This document shows, piece by piece, positions 1-9,305 of a stretch of DNA of 64,000 bases. A program made the position numbers and the translations under genes. Origin of the DNA: an uncultured Pseudomonadales bacterium. Its GTDB lineage: Bacteria; Patescibacteriota; Microgenomatia; UBA1400; PJMF01. Every line of letters starts with the position of its first letter. Within the stretch, counting starts at the first letter, position 1. Below the pieces are notes generated by a model. The model was not told where the DNA came from and made no database searches. It worked only from the letters and a program-made list of their open reading frames with translations. The stretch is from the NCBI GenBank assembly GCA_964607285.1, contig CAZSJW010000001.1:66514-130513 (forward strand). The letters are read 5' to 3'.

Positions 1-685
1 TTTTCCACTCTATTCCCTTGCCCAATCCAAGCACTTCAAACACTATTACGGTTATAAGTGCAAAGAGCCCAGACCATTTTGTTGCCATTGCAAGTCCAGC
101 AAGTACTCCTACAGAAACTAGTGCTTTTGTCGAAACTTGCTTGGATTGAGTTACGCTGTCTGTCTTGTGTAAGGTAGGGTGTGATTTGGCATACCAAGTC
201 AGCACAAGCAAAATCATGAAAGTCACATGTATGTCATTCATGGCTATACGGGACTGTACAAGGAGTAATCCGTCCGATGCAGCGAGGAGGGCTGCGAGCA
301 ACGCGGTTTGCTCATCGCCTGAAACAGTTTTCGCTAGCTGTGCTGTCATGAAGACAACTAGGGTTCCAAAAATAACGGAACTAAATCGCCAACCAAATGC
401 ATTTTCACCAAAAAACCGTATGCCCAAAGCTTGGGTATACTTTGCTAGTGGTGGGTGCAGCCAATCTACAGCTGTGTTTGGTTCAACGGGTGCGTTCCAC
501 CATTCATATGCTCTGGGATCATTTCTTGATATCAGCTTTGAAGTCACACCATGATATACCTCGTCAAAGATGTATCCTTCAGGATTACTCAAGTTCCATA
601 CTCTAGAGAAAAAACTGATGGCTAAAATAACAAGTAGTAGCGTGCCATAGTACTGTTTTGACCACTCTGCGAGTTGTTTTACCAT
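1..685 (-). CDS. GT39 (PMT-like) polyprenyl-phosphate-sugar:protein/glycan glycosyltransferase, N-terminal part. The 3' end runs off the window.
   Basis: The reverse complement from ATG at 685 translates to MVKQLAEWSKQYYGTLLLVILAISFFSRVWNLSNPEGYIFDEVYHG..HPPLAKY. This is the loop-1 DE motif plus HPPL(A/G)K motif typical of dolichyl/polyprenyl-P-mannose protein mannosyltransferase (GT39). It is absent from the ORF track because it is open at the window edge. Confidence 0.55.
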   Translation of the reverse strand, partial: MVKQLAEWSKQYYGTLLLVILAISFFSRVWNLSNPEGYIFDEVYHGVTSKLISRNDPRAYEWWNAPVEPNTAVDWLHPPLAKYTQALGIRFFGENAFGWRFSSVIFGTLVVFMTAQLAKTVSGDEQTALLAALLAASDGLLLVQSRIAMNDIHVTFMILLVLTWYAKSHPTLHKTDSVTQSKQVSTKALVSVGVLAGLAMATKWSGLFALITVIVFEVLGLGKGIEWK

Positions 686-692
686 ATAGCTT

Positions 693-1658
693 TCAACTGA
701 GAACGTACAGGACAACCATGACTAGTACTCCAAATGAAAAAACTGTAAAAAGAAGAGGCTTGTCATTGAGCAGAACTCTTTCGGGTGATTCACCTTGATT
801 GTTTTCATACACAAGCTGTAAATATCGCATCACACCAATAATGACAAACGGTGTTGTTAGCATGAGTAGTTTCTGTGAATGCAGTGCTTTTGGCAGAACT
901 GAGTAAAATGTTTCTACTTTTAGATCTGGTTTACTCACTTCGTTTTGGAATGCAAATAATGCATATGTTAGCCAGGTAGAGTTTGCAAACATCCCTGTGT
1001 ACTGATCAAGCAGTCGTTGACTGTATCTTTTCAAGATTGCTCTTGTAGAGCCAAGTTCACTACCCTCACGTCCTTTGAGCAATGTTCGTTCGCTTTGTCG
1101 TTTACCAACCGCTAAAAAGAGAGATGCAGACAGAACAGTGAGTAAAAACCACACACTCATATGTAAGTTGACAACCACTGCACCAGCATAAATTCTAATT
1201 AAGAAACCAGATGCGATTGCAGAAACATCCAGAATTGGTATGTGTTTTAATTTTGTAGAGTACAAGATTTGTAGAAGAATATAAGAAAACGCCAGCAACT
1301 TGAAAAAAAGTGATAATGGAATTGAGAGCAGCATCGCGATCACAATAAGCCCAACGGCCATCATTTTTGCTAGTGGGAGTGGTAGTTCACCAGAAGGAAT
1401 TGGGCGTTTACGTTTGAATGGGTGATTCCTGTCTGCCTCAGCATCGATGATGTCGTTGATGAAGTAAATGCCTGATGTTAGGACAGAAAACACTACAAAG
1501 GCATAACTCACTAATATGAAGTAAGGATACCCATCAATGGGATCGTAGAAAAAGAAACCTGAAAAGACTAACGCGGCAAAGACTGCAAGGTTTTTTAGCC
1601 ATTGTCTTGGGCGAGCAGTTTTTATAATGGCAAGCAACAGGTGTATCGGCTGGTTCAT
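693..1658 (-). CDS. UbiA-family prenyltransferase, decaprenyl-phosphate 5-phosphoribosyltransferase (DPPR synthase)-like
   Basis: 321 aa with about 8 TM helices. The N-terminus carries ARPRQWLKNLAVF, typical of DPPR synthases. The Asp-rich motif NDIIDAEADRNHP matches NDxxDxxxD of UbiA enzymes. Confidence 0.6.
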   Translation of the reverse strand: MNQPIHLLLAIIKTARPRQWLKNLAVFAALVFSGFFFYDPIDGYPYFILVSYAFVVFSVLTSGIYFINDIIDAEADRNHPFKRKRPIPSGELPLPLAKMMAVGLIVIAMLLSIPLSLFFKLLAFSYILLQILYSTKLKHIPILDVSAIASGFLIRIYAGAVVVNLHMSVWFLLTVLSASLFLAVGKRQSERTLLKGREGSELGSTRAILKRYSQRLLDQYTGMFANSTWLTYALFAFQNEVSKPDLKVETFYSVLPKALHSQKLLMLTTPFVIIGVMRYLQLVYENNQGESPERVLLNDKPLLFTVFSFGVLVMVVLYVLS

Positions 1659-2725
1659 TACGTTGCTTTCTGTGTTAGATGTATTGATCTAAATTTTGCG
1701 TAGATCAATACACCGAATACTAGTACAAGCACTAGCGCAATTGTAATCAGTTTTTGTAAACTATTCAAATATAGTGAAAGTATACCTAGTATTAGACTAC
1801 AACACCAGTAAAAAACTGCCACTTTCGGCATGCTCCAATTAAATACATCTATGAGCTTGTGGTGCATATGGCCTCGATCACCCCAAAAAGGAGATTTTCC
1901 AGCACGTATTCTGCGAATGATAGTAAAAACTGCATCAGCCGTGGGTAATCCAAGTACCATTAGAGTGGTCGCAACCTTTGCTCCTGAGAGTATTGCCAAA
2001 ATAGCTAAGAAGTAACCAGCCAATGAACCTGCTCCGTAGCCAGGCATGATTTTTTGAGGATACCAGTTCCAGATAAGTAAACCTGCGTACGCACCACTAG
2101 CGGCAAATGCTAACTGTGCCACGTTAAATTGAGTTGGATCATCAACAAATGATGCAGAAAGTATGCCAATGAAGATTAATGCAATGCTGACAAAGCCTGG
2201 CATTTGTCCAGGAACACCTTTTGACCAATTGACTATGTTCATGTTCCAGACAATGAAGAAAATAGCAAAGATATCAGCAAGAACCCAAAGTGATCTCTCT
2301 TCGCCTAAAAAGTTAAAAACAATTTTTGGCTCATCGAGATGAATGACACCTGGCCCAAATGGATTACTGATGTATGCAATTCCAATGCCTGATCCAACTA
2401 CAATTATTGCAGCTATAAAGCCTACTACCAGCCGAACAACTGGGTGAATATCTAACACATCATCAAGGAAACCAACAACAGTAAGTAGCAGCATTCCCAA
2501 GAGTATTGCTAGCAGATATGAGTCTAAATGGAGTAAGAAAATTGCAGATAGGAGTATAGCAATCGATACCACTAAACCTCCACCTCTAGGCACGGGAACA
2601 GAATGAGTTTTTTTTGCGTGTGGTTGCTTTTCTGGATCGTCAACCCAGTTATTAGCTCTATACAGTCGAATGACCACTGGTGCTAGTAGACTAGCAAAGA
2701 GAAAGCTGCAAATGAAGATTACCAT
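1658..2725 (-). CDS. Polyprenyl-phosphate sugar-1-phosphate transferase (GT4 family, MraY/WecA-like)
   Basis: 355 aa polytopic membrane protein. Motifs GFLDDVLDIHPVVRL and NMNIVNWSKGVPG fit the MraY/WecA superfamily (DDxxD and NxxNxxDG-type). Confidence 0.7.
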   Translation of the reverse strand: MVIFICSFLFASLLAPVVIRLYRANNWVDDPEKQPHAKKTHSVPVPRGGGLVVSIAILLSAIFLLHLDSYLLAILLGMLLLTVVGFLDDVLDIHPVVRLVVGFIAAIIVVGSGIGIAYISNPFGPGVIHLDEPKIVFNFLGEERSLWVLADIFAIFFIVWNMNIVNWSKGVPGQMPGFVSIALIFIGILSASFVDDPTQFNVAQLAFAASGAYAGLLIWNWYPQKIMPGYGAGSLAGYFLAILAILSGAKVATTLMVLGLPTADAVFTIIRRIRAGKSPFWGDRGHMHHKLIDVFNWSMPKVAVFYWCCSLILGILSLYLNSLQKLITIALVLVLVFGVLIYAKFRSIHLTQKAT

Positions 2726-2734
2726 ATTCTGATT

Positions 2735-3112
2735 TTACAAAGTAATGTACGCAACTCTAAGCAGGGCAACTAGTAATAGTATTTGTTCGGCAAGTGTAAA
2801 CAATGAGAATACTTTTCCAAGTGTGCTACTCATTGACGCTACAGCACGTACTATCCACAGATGTCCAAGATTTATGACGAGTGAAATTGCGGGAATCGAA
2901 AATACCCATATCTTAGGTATAAGATGCTGGCTGGGTCGGGCTAGAGTGAATAGTAAAGGGATAACTGGCTGACCAACTAGGAAGTAGTAAATGCTTACTC
3001 CAATACACAATGCTGTGCATGCCAAAGCCGCGATCATAAATGGTCGACTCTGTGGTGGTAGATCCTTTGTCAGTGGATCGGTAAACTGAGAGTTTGAACT
3101 ATTTTGTTGCAT
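2735..3112 (-). CDS. Small polytopic membrane protein, function unknown. The start is uncertain; the ORF is open to 3166.
   Basis: Hydrophobic helices (FMIAALACTALCIGVSIYYFLV, IWVFSIPAISLVINLGHLWIV). It sits inside the glycosylation gene cluster. Confidence 0.3.
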   Translation of the reverse strand: MQQNSSNSQFTDPLTKDLPPQSRPFMIAALACTALCIGVSIYYFLVGQPVIPLLFTLARPSQHLIPKIWVFSIPAISLVINLGHLWIVRAVASMSSTLGKVFSLFTLAEQILLLVALLRVAYITL

Positions 3113-4673
3113 TACGTTTCCAGAGTTCGTAGTGAGAGTAGGATCGGTAAAGTCTATATTCTGCATGTAGCAGCTGTTTCAGTCCAGGTAGCTCACCACG
3201 TTCATCATACATACGAACAATGAATGGTGGTTTATTTTGTGTGATCTCTTCCATGGTTTCATCATACGCTGCAAAGTCATGGATGTGGAATGAGACAGTA
3301 AATCTTCCAGATGGGATAGTGTCTGACAATGCATAGAGAACTGGATTTGTTCCCCAAATAAACAGTTCTCCGTTGCCTTGCTCACGAATAAGTTTGGCTG
3401 CTTTGTAATTATCATCCATCAGTGGGTTGAACCAGAGGTTGTACTCTCCTAACGACTGTTGTCCAGATATGTAGGTGTACCAATTCTTGTAGTAGCTGAG
3501 TGTAGGGTAGGGATGTACATCAAGTAGTACGCCTACACCAAGTACACTTAGCAAGACAGTGAGTAGTGTTGAATAAACGATAGCTTTACTGGTTTTGGAA
3601 GTTGTTAGTATGGTTTCGGCAACACCTCCAAAGAGTAAGGCAAGTGGTGGTAATACTTGTAAAAAATAATGTGGATATGGGCGATTGGAGAGCAGACTAG
3701 CAAACAAGGCACACCAAAACCAAATCAATCCTATTGTCCAGAACTTTGGTATTTTTGCAGATAGTAACCAGGTGCTTCCAACTCCCAGAGCTAGCAGTAT
3801 AGTTTTTCCAGGCAAAGTAAAGATAGCTGAAAATATAGCATGAGAAAAACTTGGTTGCCATGTGCCTGCGTACCTGAAGTTGTAGAGTAAACCATAGTCT
3901 AAATATGCTTGACCGTGGCCGATCAAAACAAAGTAGAGTATTGATAGTGCAATTGGGATTAAGGCGCCAACTCCTATTATCATAATAAGTATGACAGCTG
4001 GCTTGATCTTAGTGCGAAAATCTGAGAATACTGATCGAACCCTTGGAAACTGCGTCAGCACCCCAATACACAGCCATGCTGCCATATCAAGAACTGCGGG
4101 TACTTTTGTCAAAATTGCTAATCCAAAGCTAACACCTGCAAGCAGTAAAAGTGGGTAGTCAACGAGCGGTCGTATTTTTCGCTGAGTACCTGCCCAGAAT
4201 GCAGATTCCAGAAGTAATAGTACACCTATCAGAACAAACCCAATCACAAACAATTCCCCATTCGGTATAGTTCCTTCAAAAGTTGGAAGCGAAATGAACG
4301 TGATGAAAGTTAGCGTGGTGAGAACCCAACTTGCTGTGTATGTAAATAACTTTTTAGAAATTTTAATCATTGCAGCTGTGGCAACCACCAGCCATGCTAG
4401 CATCAATACACGAAAGTGTAATTGAGTGCCGACTTGTGCAAACACATAAATTAACGGTGTCTTGTGATCAATGATTTCTGCGTACAATACTCTGCCTCTG
4501 TTTAGAGATTCTCCAAGCACTAAATAAATCGCTTCGTCTCCATACCAGTATGGCTCAAAAAAAGTAGGAATTCTCAGTAAAACAACAAGAGCTACCAAGA
4601 AAATTGGAAGCCTGTACTTTTCTAACCACAAATCTAGAGAGACCAGCCTTTGCCAAAGTGAGTGCATGTTCAT
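3099..4673 (-). CDS. GT-C superfamily glycosyltransferase (GT39/GT83, PMT_2/ArnT-like)
   Basis: 524 aa with more than 10 TM helices. The YWYGDEAIYLVLGESL motif in the first periplasmic loop is typical of ArnT/PMT-type GT-C enzymes. Confidence 0.6.
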   Translation of the reverse strand: MNMHSLWQRLVSLDLWLEKYRLPIFLVALVVLLRIPTFFEPYWYGDEAIYLVLGESLNRGRVLYAEIIDHKTPLIYVFAQVGTQLHFRVLMLAWLVVATAAMIKISKKLFTYTASWVLTTLTFITFISLPTFEGTIPNGELFVIGFVLIGVLLLLESAFWAGTQRKIRPLVDYPLLLLAGVSFGLAILTKVPAVLDMAAWLCIGVLTQFPRVRSVFSDFRTKIKPAVILIMIIGVGALIPIALSILYFVLIGHGQAYLDYGLLYNFRYAGTWQPSFSHAIFSAIFTLPGKTILLALGVGSTWLLSAKIPKFWTIGLIWFWCALFASLLSNRPYPHYFLQVLPPLALLFGGVAETILTTSKTSKAIVYSTLLTVLLSVLGVGVLLDVHPYPTLSYYKNWYTYISGQQSLGEYNLWFNPLMDDNYKAAKLIREQGNGELFIWGTNPVLYALSDTIPSGRFTVSFHIHDFAAYDETMEEITQNKPPFIVRMYDERGELPGLKQLLHAEYRLYRSYSHYELWKRNATK

Positions 4674-4700
4674 CTTTTCAGACCTCTACTCAGCTACTTA

Positions 4701-6212
4701 CTATACTTTTTCTGTCACTCGGTACTCCATATATTTTCCAAGCATTAACCGTGTATGTGCATCCATACCTGGAAGTGCTGAGAAAAAGAAGCCAATGATT
4801 GGGAATAGTAAAAATTCGAGTGGTTGTAAGATGTAAGAAAGTGGATTTCTACGATTGGGCCTTGGTGGTCTATTCAGTGCATCAATCACGAAAATGACTA
4901 CCATCGCAATCAAGGAAAAGGTGAGTAGTGTTGAAGTGACTTGTGGCAGAGTTTTTCCAAGAATGGTGCGGTTAAAAGACTCATTCAGTAATGGAGGCAA
5001 AAACGCTGAGATTGTGATTGCAAACCAGTTGACTGGCCAGAGGAAATGGTCCTCAATAGTTTTTAGGACGCGTGCAGTTTTGTCAAAGAAAGGGGCATCT
5101 TTTGCCATTAAGTATCCTTTGATGATGTACGCATCATCACTGACTCCCCATGCCCATCGTTTCAGCTGTTCATATTGATTGACCATAGTTCCCCACCAAG
5201 TACTTGCTTCAGCTGCATCTGAATAGATAGGTAAAAAAATTGGGTGAACTTCAAAATCACCTTTTTTTGCAAAGTAGGACTTAAAAAAGAGTCTGTAGTC
5301 TTCTGGAATAACATCTGTATCCCAGTAACCAATTTCATGTACGTGTTTGAGTGTGGTGGTGTACGTGGAAAAATTAATAAGTCTATCTCTGCGCATTAGT
5401 ACGTGCATCTGTATGACTGAGAACATGGATGCTAGAACACGAACTGGTGCTGGAACTCTCCATATATTGTTGTAAAAAACAATTGATCCTTGCCATATAA
5501 CATTATAAGGCTTTTCTATGGTAAGAAAATCTTGTGTTACAGCGGCAAAGTACTCTTTATGAAAAAGTGCATCAGCGTCCTCACTACTGATTGTGATGTT
5601 TTCAATAGGTATGTGTTGTTCATCAACCATTCTTTTTTTTGCTTGCTTTGCTCCCCAAGCCGTGTTTGAAGATTTTCCTTTTACTTCACCTTTGATGTCA
5701 GGATGAAATGTTGTCCAAAGGTTTCCGAAAGTCTTTTCAAACTGCTTAATGAGAGCCTCTGATTTATTGACTGCATCTGCACCTTCCCGCTCCTCAAATG
5801 AAAGCATTATATGCAAATTTTTAGTTGGGAAAGTTTGGTTAGAAAGAGCGGTGAGTGTTCTCTCAAGCGTTTTTAGTGGTTCTTGATAGGTTGGGATTAC
5901 AATACAATGATGAATATTTTCCCAATCTTTAAAGTGTCGCTGCTGTAGCTCTGCAACCCAGTCGTAGCGCATGGCAGCTTGAATTTTGAAGTGAGCAAGA
6001 ATTGCCAACACAGACATTGTGACTGAGCGATATAGCCAGTACACAGCAAAAATAATGACATAATATGCAACAATATCGGGGATGATGAGTGAACCCCAAA
6101 ACGGAAAAAGGATTAATGACCAAGAAACGAACCCAGGAAAAATCTCGAGTGCTCGCTGAGATTTAACAGGATATTTTTGTAGTAAATACCGTATGCGATC
6201 ACCAATGTTCAT
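4701..6212 (-). CDS. Membrane-bound family 2 glycosyltransferase
   Basis: 503 aa. It has N- and C-terminal TM segments around a GT-A catalytic core (HCIVIPTYQEPLKTLERTLTALSNQTFP; acidic DxD-like SSEDAD). Confidence 0.5.
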   Translation of the reverse strand: MNIGDRIRYLLQKYPVKSQRALEIFPGFVSWSLILFPFWGSLIIPDIVAYYVIIFAVYWLYRSVTMSVLAILAHFKIQAAMRYDWVAELQQRHFKDWENIHHCIVIPTYQEPLKTLERTLTALSNQTFPTKNLHIMLSFEEREGADAVNKSEALIKQFEKTFGNLWTTFHPDIKGEVKGKSSNTAWGAKQAKKRMVDEQHIPIENITISSEDADALFHKEYFAAVTQDFLTIEKPYNVIWQGSIVFYNNIWRVPAPVRVLASMFSVIQMHVLMRRDRLINFSTYTTTLKHVHEIGYWDTDVIPEDYRLFFKSYFAKKGDFEVHPIFLPIYSDAAEASTWWGTMVNQYEQLKRWAWGVSDDAYIIKGYLMAKDAPFFDKTARVLKTIEDHFLWPVNWFAITISAFLPPLLNESFNRTILGKTLPQVTSTLLTFSLIAMVVIFVIDALNRPPRPNRRNPLSYILQPLEFLLFPIIGFFFSALPGMDAHTRLMLGKYMEYRVTEKV

Positions 6213-6302
6213 CAGGTTATTGTAGAGGTCTGGTATGCACTTGTGAAGGGCATGTGCGTGGCTCTATTGTATCAACTGATTGTTCTAACAGTAGAACTAA
6301 TA

Positions 6303-7160
6303 TTATTTTGTGGAGAACTGGGAAAAAATAGCGAGTGTATTGCTATGCACTTGTTCTAGATCAATAGCTAGCTTGTTTTGTATGAAGTGTGCAGTTTCCG
6401 TGATCATCCAAGGTAAGCAAGGTTTTCCTCGGTGAGTTTGAGGTGCCAAAAAAGGAGCGTCTGTCTCTAGTAAGATGCGATCAGTCGGTACTGAGGAGAC
6501 AATTTCTCGAATAGCGTGAGCAGATGGATAAGTAACATTTCCTGCTACACCTATGTACGCTCCAAGTGACACAGCCTGCTTGATGTACTCTAATGGTCCT
6601 GATACACAGTGCAAGATAAACGGTTGTGTATGGGAGGCATGTGACCTAAGAAGTGCAAGCATATCTGTATAGGCAGCTGTGTGGCCCATCTGGTCTCTGA
6701 CGTGTAAGATCAATGGTAATTTAAACTCCGTTGCTAATCTAAGCTGTAGGGCACAGACTGACTTTTGGTGATCCATGTATGTGTTTCGTACTTTTTCGTC
6801 TGTAGGTGGTCTAAAGTAATCCAGTCCCACTTCACCAATTGCCGCAATAGAATTTGAAGTACATAACGATCTAATAGTCTTTTCAATATTTTCTAGTGTT
6901 TGCGTCGTGAATTCTGCTGATAGTGTATTTAAATCCTCTGGTAAATCGTCGGTTGGATGAAAACCAACCGCGGCGATCAGCCTGTTATCTGAACGAACAA
7001 TATCCACAGCTTCGATGCTGGTTGCTTCGTTTACGCCAACAACAATTGCGCCACTGATACCTGCTTCCAAAGCAGTGTGCCAATGTTGTTTCCATGCTGC
7101 AATGTCTGCATCATCCCACAAGGGGGGTATGTTGTAATGACAGTGGGTATCAATGATCAT
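6303..7160 (-). CDS. tatD: TatD-family metal-dependent DNase/hydrolase
   Basis: N-terminus MIIDTHCHYN. Other conserved His/Asp/Glu positions of the TatD TIM-barrel fold are present (GEVGLDY, HVRD, ETDAPFL). Confidence 0.8.
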   Translation of the reverse strand: MIIDTHCHYNIPPLWDDADIAAWKQHWHTALEAGISGAIVVGVNEATSIEAVDIVRSDNRLIAAVGFHPTDDLPEDLNTLSAEFTTQTLENIEKTIRSLCTSNSIAAIGEVGLDYFRPPTDEKVRNTYMDHQKSVCALQLRLATEFKLPLILHVRDQMGHTAAYTDMLALLRSHASHTQPFILHCVSGPLEYIKQAVSLGAYIGVAGNVTYPSAHAIREIVSSVPTDRILLETDAPFLAPQTHRGKPCLPWMITETAHFIQNKLAIDLEQVHSNTLAIFSQFSTK

Positions 7161-8578
7161 GAGATCCTTGGAAAGAGTGGGGCGAGTGGAGTATGCGGGC
7201 TTTTTTCAAAGTGGTTTATGACCGTAGCAGCTGTTTTGGGGAGTACAGGCAGGATAGTGTGTGTGAGTACCAACAATCGATTCAAGGCTTCCTTTAGAAT
7301 TTTCTGCCTTTCAGAACCTGTTTTTTTCCATGGTGTGGTGGTACTCAGGTATCCATCTAACTCTGATAAGTTTGTTTTCCAACTATCAATGCCACGTTTG
7401 ATGTTGTAGTTATAAAAATAGGACTGTGAGTGGGCAATTGTACTTACAGTATTCAGGTTCGTTCCACTCTTAGGTTCACTCATTGCCCAGAGTTTAGCAA
7501 TTCGTGAGCAGAGATTACCATATCCATTGGATAAGTCTGCATTGTAAGTATTTCTAAACTTATCCCAGGAAACATCCATATCTGTACCAATTGGCCCCAG
7601 CTGCATAAGTAAATAGCGAGTTGCCTCAGTACCAAATGTTTCCACCAACTCTGTAGGCGCAATCACGTTGCCCAAAGATTTGCTCATTTTCTGACCATCC
7701 ACACTGATGAAACCATTAATCAAAATTGTTTGGCTTGGTGATACTCCAGCCGAAAGCAGCATCGCTTGCCACATTGCAGCTTGTTGGCGCAAGTTATCTT
7801 TACCTGCAATTTGTACCACTGGCCAGGATTTTTCAAATTGAGCTTTGTCAGTTGGCCATCCGATGGTTGAAATATAGTTAATTAATGCATCAAACCACAC
7901 GTACATTACATGATCAGCATCATCTGGCACAGAAATTCCCCAAGGCATCTTTTCTTTGAGTCTTGAAATACTAAAGTCTTGTAATCCCCCTTGCACAAAT
8001 GAGTGTATTTCCTTTTGCTTACCCTCTGGTAGTACAAACTCAGGGTTTGACTCATATAGCGTCAAAAGTTGTTTTTGATAGCTTGAAAAACGAAAAAAGT
8101 AATTTTCTTCATCTCGAACTTCAAGCTTTTTGTTTGGGTGTAATGGACAGCGGCCTTCAACAAGGTCTGAGGCTTGTTTTTCTAGTTCGCACCCCACGCA
8201 GTACTGGGTGCTGTATTGTTTTTTATAGATGTCACCACGAGCTTTGCATAATTTCCAAAACTCTTGGGCTGCAGCAATATGATGTGCATCTGTCGTCCTA
8301 ATAAAGTTGGTATAAGTAAGGGAAAGTAGATCTTTTAGTACTGCAAATTTGGCAGCATACTCATCGCAGTATGCTTGTGGTGATGTGCTTGCATCTATGG
8401 CATTTTGATAAATTTTTTGTCCATGTTCATCAGTTCCTGTGTTAAAGACAACTGATTCGCCTGCAAGCGAATGTGCTCGGCAAATAACGTCCGCTGCAAT
8501 GATTTCCATGGCGAAGCCGATGTGTGGCTCAGCGTTGACATAGGGAAGTGTAGTGGTTAGGTAAAAATGTTTTGGCAT
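7157..8578 (-). CDS. metG: Methionyl-tRNA synthetase (short form)
   Basis: The class I signature PYVNAEPHIGFAMEI (HIGH region) and KMSKSLGNVI are present. Zn-knuckle Cys residues CVGCE..CPLH are present. The 4-nt overlap with tatD suggests an operon. Confidence 0.9.
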   Translation of the reverse strand: MPKHFYLTTTLPYVNAEPHIGFAMEIIAADVICRAHSLAGESVVFNTGTDEHGQKIYQNAIDASTSPQAYCDEYAAKFAVLKDLLSLTYTNFIRTTDAHHIAAAQEFWKLCKARGDIYKKQYSTQYCVGCELEKQASDLVEGRCPLHPNKKLEVRDEENYFFRFSSYQKQLLTLYESNPEFVLPEGKQKEIHSFVQGGLQDFSISRLKEKMPWGISVPDDADHVMYVWFDALINYISTIGWPTDKAQFEKSWPVVQIAGKDNLRQQAAMWQAMLLSAGVSPSQTILINGFISVDGQKMSKSLGNVIAPTELVETFGTEATRYLLMQLGPIGTDMDVSWDKFRNTYNADLSNGYGNLCSRIAKLWAMSEPKSGTNLNTVSTIAHSQSYFYNYNIKRGIDSWKTNLSELDGYLSTTTPWKKTGSERQKILKEALNRLLVLTHTILPVLPKTAATVINHFEKSPHTPLAPLFPRIS

Positions 8579-8756
8579 TTTATAGATAGACTATAATTAT
8601 AGCAGTGATTCTGGTTTGCTTGGGAGTAGTGAGCCTTCCTAAATGTTATATGTTAGTAATTGCTTGATAAATGATAAAAATGGAGTATATCGTTTGGAAT
8701 TATGGTACAAGTAGGAAACGTCGTTACTGTACTGTATGCTTTCGTATTGAATATGT

Positions 8757-9302
8757 TTAGTTTCTCAAACGTCCATTGAGTGCCAATTTTCCAACTTCAA
8801 AACACACAAATACTATACTTGCAGATAGAAGAATCCACCAATCCAATACGACATGTTGCAGCTTTAATGCAAGCAACACACACAGAAGTGCACTCACTCT
8901 AACTCCTCTTCCCGTATTCATAAAAATCCAAGTCAGTGCCCAAAAATTTCCCCAGAGAACAGCTGTCTGCAGGGGAATATAGCTGTACGGCACAAGCCAG
9001 TGGGCTATTTTTTCAGGAGAAATGTTTGTTACTATATTAAACACTACCAAATAGCCTGGAATGGCGATGAGGAGCAGGTATGCACTGCGAAGTCTCCTGG
9101 CAAGAAAAGTATGTAGTGTCTGGGAACTGTGCTTAGGTTTTCCTGAGCTGAAGTGACGATTCCTTTTAGTTGTTTGCAGTGACGTGGTAAATTGACCTGA
9201 ATGAGCATTTTGATTGACCTGTCCCAAAGCTCCTTGTAGTTCTGCGATTTTGCTGGTCGTCAGTCGTGACTTTGCGCTCATGGTACTTTCCAGTATACTC
9301 AA
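8757..9302 (-). CDS. Membrane protein, function unknown
   Basis: 181 aa with a polar N-terminus followed by 3-4 TM helices. It is divergent from rmuC, with only a 3-nt spacer. Confidence 0.4.
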   Translation of the reverse strand: MSILESTMSAKSRLTTSKIAELQGALGQVNQNAHSGQFTTSLQTTKRNRHFSSGKPKHSSQTLHTFLARRLRSAYLLLIAIPGYLVVFNIVTNISPEKIAHWLVPYSYIPLQTAVLWGNFWALTWIFMNTGRGVRVSALLCVLLALKLQHVVLDWWILLSASIVFVCFEVGKLALNGRLRN

Positions 9303-9305
9303 ACT

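Noticed and set aside
165-606. Plus-strand ORFs 165..554 and 397..606
   Set aside because: They lie antisense to a well-supported PMT-like GT39 gene on the minus strand. They have no motifs and are probably spurious.
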